A stretch of DNA of 64,000 nucleotides, taken from NCBI GenBank assembly GCA_002898235.1, contig BEIL01000002.1:51264-115263 (forward strand), given 5' to 3'. Position 1 is the first letter of the stretch. Each line of letters starts with the position of its first letter. Shown here in pieces: positions 36,232-46,244 of the stretch. The notes beneath the pieces are model-generated. The model did no database searches. It saw only the letters and a program-made list of their open reading frames with translations, and was not told the DNA's origin. A program made the translations under genes and the position numbers. Source of the DNA: a bacterium HR35 (GTDB taxonomy: Bacteria; Patescibacteriota; Minisyncoccia; UBA6257; HR35).

Positions 36232-37317
36232 CTAAAAATCAATTCTCCGTTTCATCTTTTCTAACAAGATTTTTCTAATATCTAGGAAGGTTTTTCTGAA
36301 ACATATTGAATGACATACATTAAATTCTTGTCTCTTTAGCACATTATCTATAATTCGGTTAAAAATAAAACTTATTTGTAAAGGATTTATATAAAAAGCA
36401 TTTTTATTTCCAGCCTTTAAAATTCTTAAATAAAATTCACTAAAAATTCTATGGAGTACCATAAGGTTAGTTAATTTTAAAAAATATTTTGCTAAGCTAG
36501 TGTCTATTGTTTTATAAATAATTTTATCTATTATTTCAAAAATTTTTTGGCATTCATTCATGCTGTACTCTAACGCACGACGTTTAAGAATACTATAATC
36601 TATGGCTTGAGAGGATATGCACGATCTTTTCCAATCAGTAATAATAAATTTACTGCCATTTTTTATTACGTGTTCATCCTTTAAGTTGCCGTTAATTAAA
36701 CAAAGTGTTTTATTGAAAACATCTTTAGAATCTAAATAACTATACTCGTAATGATCCCAAAAGCAACTATTCCCTATAAGAAGTTTTCTGTATTTATTTA
36801 TTATTGATTTTACGGAGCTATATGTCTCTTTAGATCCTTTATAAAAATAAATTTTCCAATCTCTAAAAGGGAATATTTTTAAAAAGATTTTATTTTTATG
36901 ATTATTTTCATAAATTGTTTTTAGAGTTAACAGTATACTTTTTAGTAGTGCCGAATTATATAAAAATTGTGGTTGTTCAAAATCGGTATTTTGGTAATAT
37001 CTGCTCAAAAAAATACTTCCGTATCTTGTTTTAAATATTCCCAAATTTTGTGGCACTTTTATCCTGGTATTTTTTAATTTTATTAGTGAGTTGTGTAGAA
37101 ATTCTGTTTTTAACCTCTCTTCATTTAAAATTATATTAATTTCTTCATCGTAACCTATTTTGGCTAAATAAAAACCCTTGCCTTTTTTCAAAATAAAACA
37201 ATCATAGTGTTTAATGAAACCTGCGCGATAATAATTAGCAAATTGAATACATTTTTTTACTTTAAATCCCTTACTCTGTAAAATTTTGATTATTTTATAC
37301 CTTTTTTTATTAAACAT
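36232..37317 (-). CDS. kinase-fold protein (APH/choline-kinase/LPS-kinase-like) with degenerate catalytic loop
   Basis: LCLINGNLKDEHVIKNGSKFIITDWKRS parallels LCHGDLHPGNIL....IDWE, with HGD replaced by NGN. Confidence 0.35.
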   Translation of the reverse strand: MFNKKRYKIIKILQSKGFKVKKCIQFANYYRAGFIKHYDCFILKKGKGFYLAKIGYDEEINIILNEERLKTEFLHNSLIKLKNTRIKVPQNLGIFKTRYGSIFLSRYYQNTDFEQPQFLYNSALLKSILLTLKTIYENNHKNKIFLKIFPFRDWKIYFYKGSKETYSSVKSIINKYRKLLIGNSCFWDHYEYSYLDSKDVFNKTLCLINGNLKDEHVIKNGSKFIITDWKRSCISSQAIDYSILKRRALEYSMNECQKIFEIIDKIIYKTIDTSLAKYFLKLTNLMVLHRIFSEFYLRILKAGNKNAFYINPLQISFIFNRIIDNVLKRQEFNVCHSICFRKTFLDIRKILLEKMKRRIDF

Positions 37318-37330
37318 TCTTTAATTTTTA

Positions 37331-37370
37331 TTATAAATTAACATTGTTTATTGTAAATTAACATTGTATA
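37331..37370. repeat. tandem direct repeat, 2 copies of ~17 bp (taaattaacattgt core) in the upstream region of the kinase-like gene
   Basis: ttataaattaacattgttta / ttgtaaattaacattgtata. Confidence 0.5.
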
Positions 37371-37377
37371 GTCTATC

Positions 37378-37993
37378 TTATATGAATAAAGGCTTTATCT
37401 TTTCAAAAATTTTTTGATGTCCTTTTTCATTAGGATGAATTCCATCCTCAGAGAGTAAATCTAAATAATCAATTTTTAGCCACTCCTCAATTACGCTAAA
37501 TAAAAATGTATTTCGTTTCTTACATTCCTCGCTAATAATTTCTTCATATTCCTTAATTCTTTCATTTAGGAAATAAAAATCATCTATAGACATTGTTTTT
37601 TGTTCATTAACTGGGGTTAAGCCAACAAAGATAATATGATCAGTATATTTTTTTGCCTTTTCAATAAGTAAATTTATGTTATTTTTAAAAACTTCTTTGC
37701 TTGTAATAGGATTATCTTTGGATTTTTATACCTTTTGTGTCATTTAAGCCTATAGCAAAAATAATTGAAGAATGATCATTAGGATAAATTTTCCTACACC
37801 TCGCTTTAGCCTCAACTTGAAATCTTTCAAGTACATCGTTGATTGTGTTTCCAGGAATACTTAAATTATGAATTAAAGTAAAGTCTTTATCTTTTTCATC
37901 AAAAAACTGGGCTAAAAGAAAAGGCCAGGATTTTGCTTTATTTACTCTTCTTCCTGCTGCAATACTATCATCAAATATTAATATGTTATACAT
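37378..37993 (-). CDS. SGNH/GDSL hydrolase; frame broken at a T5/A5 run (37723-37727); track ORFs are 37712-37993 and 37378-37593
   Basis: Block I FDDSIAAG, block III GLNDT, block V DGIHPN..GH; the middle segment KDNPITSKEVFKNNINLLIEKAKKYTDHIIFVGLTPV is in-frame with the 3' ORF. Confidence 0.65.
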
Positions 37994-38195
37994 TGGTAAT
38001 TTTCAAATAAATTTAATTTTTCCTTACGATTATTTAATATAATTCTAACTTAAAAATTAAAAAGTTTAAAATATTAAAGTACAACATAAATTATCTTTTA
38101 GAAAATTAAAATCAGAAAAAATTTAAAAAATTAAGATATAATTAAATAATGAGAAATTGATCAGTTGATTTAAAGGGGATGAGATCAAATTAAAC

Positions 38196-38726
38196 ATGAA
38201 AATTGTTTTGCTTGGTGGCAATAGTTCTAAAAATATTTTTTGGCTTGAGTCTATAGAAGCTGAACTTAAAAAGAAATATAATGATGTTTTTATTCATTAT
38301 TATTCTCATTGGAATACAAATTCTCCAACTATTGATCTTGATAAAGAAATAGAAAGTCTTAGAAAAGAGTTAGAAAATATAAAACAGTATGTAATTATAG
38401 CTAAATCAGCTGGAGTTCTTTTAGCCTTAAAGGGAGTTTCTGAACAAAAACTTTTTCCTGCAGTATGTGTTTTTATCGGGATTTCGGTAATGTGGGCTCG
38501 GGAAAATAATTTTAATATCAATCAATGGCTGAAAAGTTTTTTTATACCAACATTTTTTATTCAAGAGGTAAATGATCCAGCTATATCATCAAATGAACTT
38601 GAAGATTTATTAAAAGAATTGGAAGTTCAGAATTATAAAATTCAAACAATCCCCGGGGATAAACATGAATATTCACAATACCAAGAATTGGGTAAAATAA
38701 TAATCTCCTTTTTAGAAAACCTATAG
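38196..38726 (+). CDS. hypothetical protein, possible small alpha/beta serine hydrolase
   Basis: IIAKSAGVLLAL (GxSxG-like AKSAG). Confidence 0.3.
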   Translation: MKIVLLGGNSSKNIFWLESIEAELKKKYNDVFIHYYSHWNTNSPTIDLDKEIESLRKELENIKQYVIIAKSAGVLLALKGVSEQKLFPAVCVFIGISVMWARENNFNINQWLKSFFIPTFFIQEVNDPAISSNELEDLLKELEVQNYKIQTIPGDKHEYSQYQELGKIIISFLENL

Positions 38727-38789
38727 GAAAACCTCGTTGGTTTTTATTTTTGGTGAAAAATTTTTGATTATTGATTAAAATAATTTATT

Positions 38790-40619
38790 ATGGAAAAAAA
38801 TTTGGAAAATATTAGACATTCATTAGCTCATCTTTTAGCTTCAGCTGTTTTAAGGATTGATCCTCAAGCAAAATTAGGAATTGGGCCAACAACTGAAGAT
38901 GGTTTTTATTATGATTTTCTTTTTTCAATTAAAGTTGATGAAAGTTTTTTGCCAAAATTGGAGTCGATAATGAAAGATTTAATTTCTCAAAATTTAAGAT
39001 TTGTTGGTAAAAAAGTTTCTTTTGCTCAGGCAAAAAAAATTTTTCAAAATCAACCATTTAAATTAGAGTTAATTAATGATTTAAAAAAATATGGCACAAC
39101 TGATTTTAATGAAATTCAATTAATTAAAGCTAAGAAGAAAAAAGCAAAAAAATTAAAGCAAGTGACAATTTATCAGACAGGAGATTTTATTGATTTATGT
39201 CGCGGAGGTCATATTAAAAGCACTAAAGAAATAAATCCTCAAGCTTTTAAATTAATAAAGATCGCTGGTGCCTATTGGCGAGGAGATGAAAAAAATCCAA
39301 TGCTAACAAGAATTTATGGTGTTGCTTTTGAAACTGAAGAGGAGCTTCAAGAATATCTAAAAAGACAAGAAGAAGCAGAAAAATATAATCATCGAGTTTT
39401 AGGAGAAAAATTAAAAATTTTTATGATTTCAGAAGAAGTAGGAAGAGGATTGCCCCTTTTGCTTCCAAATGGTGAAAAGATAAAAAATATCTTAATTGAT
39501 TTTATGAGAGAAAAAGAAGAAAAAAGAGGTTATAAGTATGTAGCCACACCCCATTTGGCTTCAGCTAAACTTTATGAGAGAAGCGGTCATTTAGCCTATT
39601 ATCGAGAAAATATGTTTAGAGTTTTAGATCCTGAAGGAGAAGAATATTTTGTTAAACCAATGAATTGTCCTCATCACCATATGATTTTCCAAAAATTGGT
39701 CAGAAGTTATCGAGATTTACCATTAAAGTTAGCTGAAGCTGGAGCTGTTTATCGTTATGAAAAATCAGGAGAACTTGTAGGTTTAATGAGAGTTAGAGGA
39801 CCAATTACTCAAAATGATTCTCATATTTATGTTGATCCAGAAAATTTAGAAAACGAATTTTTAGATGTTATTGAGCTTTTTGAAGAAACATTTAAGGAGC
39901 TTAAAGTCTTTGAAAACAAGTATTGGTTTCGACTTTCATTGCCTGATTTTAAAGGAAAAAATAAAGAAAAATACGGAGGTGATTTAAAGTTATGGCAATG
40001 GGCAAGTAAAGTAATTGAAAATGCTTGCAAGAAAAAAAATTTAAATTTAGTTCCTGGAATAGGTGAAGCTGCTTTTTATGGACCAAAGCTCGATATTCAA
40101 ATAAGAAATATTTATGGAAAAGAAGAAACATTAGCAACAGTTCAAATTGATATCTTGGTTCCTAAAAGAATGGGACTTTATTATTTTGATAAGAATAATA
40201 AAAAAGAATCGCCTATAGTTATTCATCGAGCAATTGTTGGTTCTTATGAAAGATTTATTGGTTTTCTTTTAGAGGTGACTAAGGGAGAATTACCGTTTTG
40301 GCTTTCACCAATCCAATTTGTTATTTTGCCGGTAAGTGAGAGAAATTTAAAATATACTAATGAGGTCAATTATCTCTTAAAAGAAAAGGGTTTTCGAGGA
40401 GAGATAAGGGTTGAGGAGACTCTTTCTAAAAGAATTTTGGTAGCTGAGGAAGAAAAAATTCCTTTTATTTTAGTTATTGGTGATAAGGAAGAAAGTAATA
40501 GTTCAGTAGCTTTAAGAGTAAGAAAAAAGGGAGATTTGGGAGAGAAGAAAATAGAAGAGGTAGTTAAAATATTTGAAAAATTAGAAGAAAATAAAGATTG
40601 GGAGATAAAAATAAATTGA
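38790..40619 (+). CDS. thrS: threonyl-tRNA synthetase
   Basis: RHSLAHLLASAV second-additional-domain motif, class II core, C-terminal anticodon-binding domain; 609 aa, lacks the N-terminal TGS domain. Confidence 0.9.
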   Translation: MEKNLENIRHSLAHLLASAVLRIDPQAKLGIGPTTEDGFYYDFLFSIKVDESFLPKLESIMKDLISQNLRFVGKKVSFAQAKKIFQNQPFKLELINDLKKYGTTDFNEIQLIKAKKKKAKKLKQVTIYQTGDFIDLCRGGHIKSTKEINPQAFKLIKIAGAYWRGDEKNPMLTRIYGVAFETEEELQEYLKRQEEAEKYNHRVLGEKLKIFMISEEVGRGLPLLLPNGEKIKNILIDFMREKEEKRGYKYVATPHLASAKLYERSGHLAYYRENMFRVLDPEGEEYFVKPMNCPHHHMIFQKLVRSYRDLPLKLAEAGAVYRYEKSGELVGLMRVRGPITQNDSHIYVDPENLENEFLDVIELFEETFKELKVFENKYWFRLSLPDFKGKNKEKYGGDLKLWQWASKVIENACKKKNLNLVPGIGEAAFYGPKLDIQIRNIYGKEETLATVQIDILVPKRMGLYYFDKNNKKESPIVIHRAIVGSYERFIGFLLEVTKGELPFWLSPIQFVILPVSERNLKYTNEVNYLLKEKGFRGEIRVEETLSKRILVAEEEKIPFILVIGDKEESNSSVALRVRKKGDLGEKKIEEVVKIFEKLEENKDWEIKIN

Positions 40620-40644
40620 CTTTAAAATAAAAGAATGTTAAAAT
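40616..40644 (+). promoter_or_regulatory. sigma70-like promoter (TTGACT, 17 bp, TAAAAT) ahead of tuf/S10 operon
   Basis: ttgact 40616-40621, taaaat 40639-40644. Confidence 0.4.
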
Positions 40645-40692
40645 ATTATTTAAGCTTCGAGGTCGTTTTTTATTTTCACTTAAAAAATTGAA

Positions 40693-41889
40693 ATGGCAGC
40701 CAAATTTGAAAGAACAAAACCTCATATTAATGTCGGAACAATTGGTCATATTGATCACGGAAAAACAACCCTAACTTCGGCTATAACTCATATTTTAAAA
40801 CTTAAAGGATTAGCTGAAAGAGCTTTGGCTTATGAAGAAATTGATAAGGCACCAGAAGAAAAAGCTCGAGGAATTACTATTAATATCCATCACTGTGAAT
40901 ATGAAACAGAAAAAAGACACTATGCTCATATTGACTGTCCAGGACATGCTGACTATGTTAAGAATATGATTGTTGGTGCTGCTCAAATGGATGGAGCTAT
41001 TTTAGTTGTTGCTGCTAATGATGGGGTAATGGCTCAAACAAGAGAACATATTTTACTTGCTCGTCAGGTTAATGTTCCAGCAATTGTTGTTTTTATTAAT
41101 AAAGTTGATTTGGTTCTTGATAAAGAATTGATTGATTTAGTCGAAGAAGATGTTAGGGCTGAACTTAAAAAACATGGTTATCCTGGAGATGAAGTTCCAG
41201 TTATTCGTGGTTCAGCTTTAAAAGCTTTGGAAGCTAAATCATTAGATGATCCTTGGGCTAAGCCTATTTTAGAGCTTTTAGATGCTTTGGATAATTACAT
41301 TCCTGAACCAGTAAGAGAAATTGATAAACCATTTCTTCTTCCAATTGAAGATATTTTTGTTATTGAAGGACGAGGTACAGTAGTTACCGGAAGAGTTGAA
41401 AGAGGAAAAATTACCCTTAACGAAGAAGTTGAATTAGTTGGTTTAAGACACGAGCCATTTAAAACAGTAGTTACCGGTATTCAAATGTTCCATAAAGATA
41501 TGGATGAAGCAATTGCTGGTGATAACGTTGGATTACTTTTAAGAGGGGTTAAAAAAGAAGATGTTGAAAGAGGAATGGTAGTAGCTAAACCAGGAACAAT
41601 TACTCCACATACTGAATTTGAAGCTGAGGTTTATGTTTTAACTCCAGAAGAAGGAGGAAGACATACTCCTTTTACTTCAGGTTATAAACCTCAATTCTAT
41701 TTCCGAACTACTGATGTTACTGGTGAAATTAAGCTATCAGAAGGAATTGAATTTATCAATCCTGGTGACAATGCTAAAATTAAAGTAACTTTGATTTATC
41801 CCATTGCCTTAGAAGAAGGCTTAAGGTTTGCTATTCGTGAAGGAGGAAAAACCGTAGGAGCTGGAGTAGTAACGAAGATTATAAAGTAA
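40693..41889 (+). CDS. tuf: elongation factor Tu
   Basis: [23 protein letters not shown]; 398 aa. Confidence 0.95.
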   Translation: MAAKFERTKPHINVGTIGHIDHGKTTLTSAITHILKLKGLAERALAYEEIDKAPEEKARGITINIHHCEYETEKRHYAHIDCPGHADYVKNMIVGAAQMDGAILVVAANDGVMAQTREHILLARQVNVPAIVVFINKVDLVLDKELIDLVEEDVRAELKKHGYPGDEVPVIRGSALKALEAKSLDDPWAKPILELLDALDNYIPEPVREIDKPFLLPIEDIFVIEGRGTVVTGRVERGKITLNEEVELVGLRHEPFKTVVTGIQMFHKDMDEAIAGDNVGLLLRGVKKEDVERGMVVAKPGTITPHTEFEAEVYVLTPEEGGRHTPFTSGYKPQFYFRTTDVTGEIKLSEGIEFINPGDNAKIKVTLIYPIALEEGLRFAIREGGKTVGAGVVTKIIK

Positions 41890-41904
41890 AATAAAAGATT
41901 AAAA

Positions 41905-42234
41905 ATGCCAAAAGCAACCTCAAAAACAGAAAATAAAGTTAGAATTAGATTTAAATCTTACGACCACCGTCTTTTAGATAAATATCTTAAAGAAATAGTT
42001 AATTTGCTAGCAAAAGAAGGAATTCAAGTTATTGGTCCTATTCCTTTACCTACTGAGTATCGCCGCTATACAGTTAACAGATCGCCTTTTATTTACAAAG
42101 ATTCACGAGAGCAATTCGAAATTACCATTCATAAAAGAATTATTGATATAGTTAATCCAAGTCAAAGAGTTTTAGAACTTTTAAATTCACTTGATTTACC
42201 GGCAGGTATTGAAGTAGAAATTAAACTTCTTTAA
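41905..42234 (+). CDS. rpsJ: 30S ribosomal protein S10
   Basis: IRIRFKSYDHRLLDKY... Confidence 0.9.
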   Translation: MPKATSKTENKVRIRFKSYDHRLLDKYLKEIVNLLAKEGIQVIGPIPLPTEYRRYTVNRSPFIYKDSREQFEITIHKRIIDIVNPSQRVLELLNSLDLPAGIEVEIKLL

Positions 42235-42251
42235 AAGATAGAATTTCAAAA

Positions 42252-42941
42252 ATGATTTCAGTTGAAAATTTAAAACCAAAATTTTTATTAGGAAGAAAAA
42301 TTGGAATGACTCAAATTTTTAAGGATGATTTTCTTATTCCAGTAACTGTTATTTTAGCTGGTCCTTGTAAGGTTATCGGTTTGAAATTTAAAGAAAAAGA
42401 TGGTTATTCAGCTGTAGTTTTGGGTTTTGAAGAAAGCAAAAAAATACCTAAACCAGTTAAGGGTATTTTGAAAGATTTAGGCAATTTCAGAATTTTGAAA
42501 GAATTCCGTTTACCTCAAGATCCTAATGATTTTCAAATAGGCGATGTTTTGGATGTTGATATTTTTCAAGTAGGTGAATTTGTTAATGTTACTTCTAAAA
42601 GAAAAGCTAAAGGTTTTCAGGGACCAGTTAAAAGGCATGGCTTTTCCGGTGGACCTAAATCTCATGGACAGGAAGATAGATTAAGACATCCTGGTTCAAT
42701 TGGAGCAACAACTCCCCAAAGAGTGATTAAAGGAAAAAAAATGGCTGGCAAGGTTTCAATGCAAAAAGTAACAGTGAAAAATTTAGAGATAGTTGATATT
42801 TTGCCAGAAGACCACCTTTTGGTAGTTAAAGGTAGTGTTCCTGGATCTAATGGTCGATTGGTGGAAATCAGAAGCAATTTTCTTTCAAATAGAGGAAATA
42901 TTTTTCTAACAAGAGAAATTATTAAAACTCTAAAGAAGTAA
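42252..42941 (+). CDS. rplC: 50S ribosomal protein L3
   Basis: LGRKIGMTQIF...KGKGFQG. Confidence 0.9.
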   Translation: MISVENLKPKFLLGRKIGMTQIFKDDFLIPVTVILAGPCKVIGLKFKEKDGYSAVVLGFEESKKIPKPVKGILKDLGNFRILKEFRLPQDPNDFQIGDVLDVDIFQVGEFVNVTSKRKAKGFQGPVKRHGFSGGPKSHGQEDRLRHPGSIGATTPQRVIKGKKMAGKVSMQKVTVKNLEIVDILPEDHLLVVKGSVPGSNGRLVEIRSNFLSNRGNIFLTREIIKTLKK

Positions 42942-42942
42942 A

Positions 42943-43593
42943 ATGAAAGTTCCGGTTTATAATAAAGAAGGACAAGTGATTGAAGAGATTGAAATTCCTA
43001 AAGAAATAAGTGAACTTGAATTTAATAAAGATTTAGTTCATCAAGTAATGAGATGGCAAATGCTGAATAGCTATTTTCCTTATGCTCACACTAAAACAAG
43101 AGCCGAAGTTAGAGGAGGAGGAAGAAAGCCTTGGCCCCAAAAACATACCGGTCGAGCTCGCCATGGTTCTATTAGATCACCCATTTGGAGAAAAGGAGGA
43201 GTAACTTTTGGTCCAAGAAAAGAAAAGATAAGAAATATTAAAGTTAATAAAAAAATGAGAAGAAAAGCAATTTTAATGGTTTTAGCTGAAAAATTAAGAA
43301 GGAATTATTTAAAAATTTTTGATGATTTAAATTTTGCTAATGGTAAAACTAAAGAAGTAGCAAAATTTTTAGCAAAATTTTTAGCAAAAAGAAAAACAAA
43401 GAAAAAAAGAGAAACAGCCCTTTTGGTTTTAGAAAATAATAATCGAGAAACAATTAGAGGAACAAGAAACTTGCCTTATGCTGATGCTATTGAGGCAAGA
43501 AATTTAAATATCTTATCTTTACTTAATCACAAATATGTTTTTTTAGAAAAGAGAGCAATTAATAAAATTTTGACAACTTTTAAAATAAAATAA
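42943..43593 (+). CDS. rplD: 50S ribosomal protein L4 (contains 12-nt tandem duplication encoding AKFLAKFLAK at ~43359-43388)
   Basis: RGGGRKPWPQKHTGRARHGS. Confidence 0.9.
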   Translation: MKVPVYNKEGQVIEEIEIPKEISELEFNKDLVHQVMRWQMLNSYFPYAHTKTRAEVRGGGRKPWPQKHTGRARHGSIRSPIWRKGGVTFGPRKEKIRNIKVNKKMRRKAILMVLAEKLRRNYLKIFDDLNFANGKTKEVAKFLAKFLAKRKTKKKRETALLVLENNNRETIRGTRNLPYADAIEARNLNILSLLNHKYVFLEKRAINKILTTFKIK

Positions 43594-43594
43594 A

Positions 43595-43996
43595 ATGTCT
43601 TTATGGGATAAAATCTGGGGAGGTAAAATTTGGGGTAAAAAGAAAGAAGAGGAAGAGAAAAAGAAAAAAGAAGAAGATTTTAAAGTTGATGAGAAAAAAA
43701 TTTCTTTAAAATCGTCTTTGACAGCTAATTATCTATTTGTGCCTTTAATTACTGAGAAATCGATGAATCTTATTAGGGAGCAAAATGCTTATACTTTTAT
43801 TGTTGATCATCGACTGAATAAAAACCAAATAAAAAAAATTGTCAAAGAGCTTTTTGGAGTAAAAATTAAGAAGATAAGAACAGCTAATTATAAAAAAAGA
43901 GTTAGAGGAATTTATTTAATTAAATCAACTCGACCAAGGTTTAAAAAAGCTGTTATTTTTCTTGAAGCTGGAGAAAAAATCCCTATTTTTGAATAA
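43595..43996 (+). CDS. rplW: 50S ribosomal protein L23 with K/E-rich N-terminal extension
   Basis: PLITEKSMNL... Confidence 0.85.
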   Translation: MSLWDKIWGGKIWGKKKEEEEKKKKEEDFKVDEKKISLKSSLTANYLFVPLITEKSMNLIREQNAYTFIVDHRLNKNQIKKIVKELFGVKIKKIRTANYKKRVRGIYLIKSTRPRFKKAVIFLEAGEKIPIFE

Positions 43997-44055
43997 ATAA
44001 TTTTATGTTATAATTAAAAAATAGCGCGAAAAAGTTTTTTTATTTTGCTTATAAA

Positions 44056-44892
44056 ATGCCGGTTAAAACAGTTAAATCAAGAAGTAAAAGCAAGATTGTT
44101 AAGACAGTTATTGATTATAAGAGTGTTTTGACTACTGATGAACCTTATAAGCCCCTTTTAATTAGTTTAAAAAAAAGAATAGCTCGCAATAATCAGGGAA
44201 GAATTACTACTCGGTTTCGAGCTAATCCTTACCACCGAAGACTTTATCGTTTGATTGATTTTTCTCGAAGAGATAGATTAAATATTCCAGCTAAAGTAGA
44301 AACAATCGAATATGATCCTAATCGAACTGCCTTTATTATGCTTGTTTGTTATCAAGATGGTGTCCGAAGATATCATTTGGCTCCTGAAGGAATTAAAGTA
44401 GGAGAAACTATTATTTGTAGTGAAAATGCTGAACAAAAAATTGGAAATAGATTGCCCTTAAAAAACATTAATCCAGGAACAGAAATTTATGAAATTGAAA
44501 TTTTCCCAGGTTCTGGAGGAAAACTTGTTAGAGCTGCTGGTAGTTTCGCTACCATGATGGGAATTGAAGGTGATTACGCAATTATTAAAATGCCATCAAA
44601 AGAAATAAGAAAATTTCATAAAGACTGTTTGGCAACAATTGGCAGAGTTTCTAATTCTGATCATCGAAATGTGAGAAGAGGTAAAGCTGGAAGAAATAGA
44701 TGGAAAGGTATTAGACCAAATGTTCGAGGAAGTGCTATGAATGCCCGTGATCATCCATATGGTGGTGGTGAAGGTAAAACCACAAGGGGTACCAGAAAGC
44801 CAAAAGATAAATGGGGAAATGTTACCGGTGGAAGAAAAACAAGAAATCCAAGAAAACCGTCAACTAAATTTATTATCCAAAGAAGAAAATAA
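44056..44892 (+). CDS. rplB: 50S ribosomal protein L2
   Basis: [22 protein letters not shown].., GGGEGK. Confidence 0.95.
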   Translation: MPVKTVKSRSKSKIVKTVIDYKSVLTTDEPYKPLLISLKKRIARNNQGRITTRFRANPYHRRLYRLIDFSRRDRLNIPAKVETIEYDPNRTAFIMLVCYQDGVRRYHLAPEGIKVGETIICSENAEQKIGNRLPLKNINPGTEIYEIEIFPGSGGKLVRAAGSFATMMGIEGDYAIIKMPSKEIRKFHKDCLATIGRVSNSDHRNVRRGKAGRNRWKGIRPNVRGSAMNARDHPYGGGEGKTTRGTRKPKDKWGNVTGGRKTRNPRKPSTKFIIQRRK

Positions 44893-44894
44893 AA

Positions 44895-45221
44895 ATGGGA
44901 AGAAGCCTAAAAAAAGGACCATTTGTTGATTCCAAACTTTTAAAGAAAGTAATGAAAGTTAGAAGTTTGCCAAGAGATGAATGGGATAAATATCCAATAA
45001 AAACTTATTCTCGTGCTTCAATGATTACTCCTGAAATGGTTGGCTTAACATTTTTAGTTCATAATGGCAAAGATTTTGTTAAAGTTAAAGCAATTGATGA
45101 TATGGTTGGTCATCGATTAGGTGAATTTGCTTTGACAAGAAAATTCATTCGCCATGGTGGTAAAGCATTTCGAGAATTAGAAAAGAAATTAGGTCAAGCT
45201 TCAACAGCAATGAAACAATAA
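44895..45221 (+). CDS. rpsS: 30S ribosomal protein S19
   Basis: [11 protein letters not shown]...HNGKDF. Confidence 0.9.
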   Translation: MGRSLKKGPFVDSKLLKKVMKVRSLPRDEWDKYPIKTYSRASMITPEMVGLTFLVHNGKDFVKVKAIDDMVGHRLGEFALTRKFIRHGGKAFRELEKKLGQASTAMKQ

Positions 45222-45223
45222 AA

Positions 45224-45559
45224 ATGGCTGAGATTAAAGCTATTTTAAGATATTTCAGAATGTCACCCAGAAAAGTTAGAATGGTAGCCAAGATGATAAA
45301 AGGTTTACCAGTTAAAAGAGCTGAAAAAGAGCTTTTGTTTAGAAATAAGAAAGCAGCTAAAGCTTTGCTTAAACTTTTAAAATCAGCAGTAAATAATGCA
45401 GTTAATAAGGGTTTAGCTGAAGATGAATTAGTAGTTAAAAATGTCTTAGTCAATAAAGGACCGGTTTATAAAAGATATTATCCTAAAGCTCAGGGAAGAG
45501 TTGGTTTGATTAATAGGCAAACGTCGCATATCGAAATTATTTTAGAAAACAAAAAATAA
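45224..45559 (+). CDS. rplV: 50S ribosomal protein L22
   Basis: MSPRKVRMV. Confidence 0.9.
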   Translation: MAEIKAILRYFRMSPRKVRMVAKMIKGLPVKRAEKELLFRNKKAAKALLKLLKSAVNNAVNKGLAEDELVVKNVLVNKGPVYKRYYPKAQGRVGLINRQTSHIEIILENKK

Positions 45560-45560
45560 A

Positions 45561-46244
45561 ATGGGTCATAAAGTTTCCCCTTATGCTTTAAGAATTGGAA
45601 TTAATCGTAATTGGCGTTCTCGCTGGTTTTTTAGCAAATTCCTTCCCGTTTTTCTGGAAGCTGATTATCTTATTAGAAAAGAGATTGAGAAAGCATTTCC
45701 TCGCCACGGAATTATTGATGTTATTATTGAAAGAAAAAGTTTAGATCAATGTAAAGTTGAAATTTACGCTGCTAAACCAGGAGTTATTGTTGGTAAAGAA
45801 GGTCAAAATTTAAAAAACCTTTACCAAAAACTTAATAAAGTTCTTAAACCTCTTTTTGAAAAAACTAAACTGACTTATCCTCAATTAGAAATCGCAGTTA
45901 TTGAAATTAAAAAACCATATCTTTATGCTCCTTATTTAGCTGAACAGGTGGCTCTTCAAATCGAAAAAGGAGTTCGAACAAGAATTGCTATTAAAAATAT
46001 TATTAATAAGGTAAAAGAAATTAAAGAAATTCAGGGAATTAAAGTTAAAGTTTCTGGAAGAATTGATGGTGCTACTATTCATCGCCAAGAAACTTTAAGT
46101 TGGGGAAAACTTCCTTTATCTAAATTAACAGCTGATATAGATTATGGTTTTAAAGTGGCTATGACAAAATATGGAACAATTGGTGTTAAGGTTTGGCTTT
46201 ATCGGGGCGATAAAAAGGGTTATTTAGAAAATGCTCCAGCCTAG
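45561..46244 (+). CDS. rpsC: 30S ribosomal protein S3
   Basis: GHKVSPYALRIGINRNWRSRWF, KH domain. Confidence 0.95.
   Translation: MGHKVSPYALRIGINRNWRSRWFFSKFLPVFLEADYLIRKEIEKAFPRHGIIDVIIERKSLDQCKVEIYAAKPGVIVGKEGQNLKNLYQKLNKVLKPLFEKTKLTYPQLEIAVIEIKKPYLYAPYLAEQVALQIEKGVRTRIAIKNIINKVKEIKEIQGIKVKVSGRIDGATIHRQETLSWGKLPLSKLTADIDYGFKVAMTKYGTIGVKVWLYRGDKKGYLENAPA

Noticed and set aside
38727-38789. T-box or leader structures upstream of thrS/ileS/proS
   Set aside because: Intergenic spacers are about 60 nt or less, or the genes overlap the preceding gene; no specifier/T-box consensus visible.
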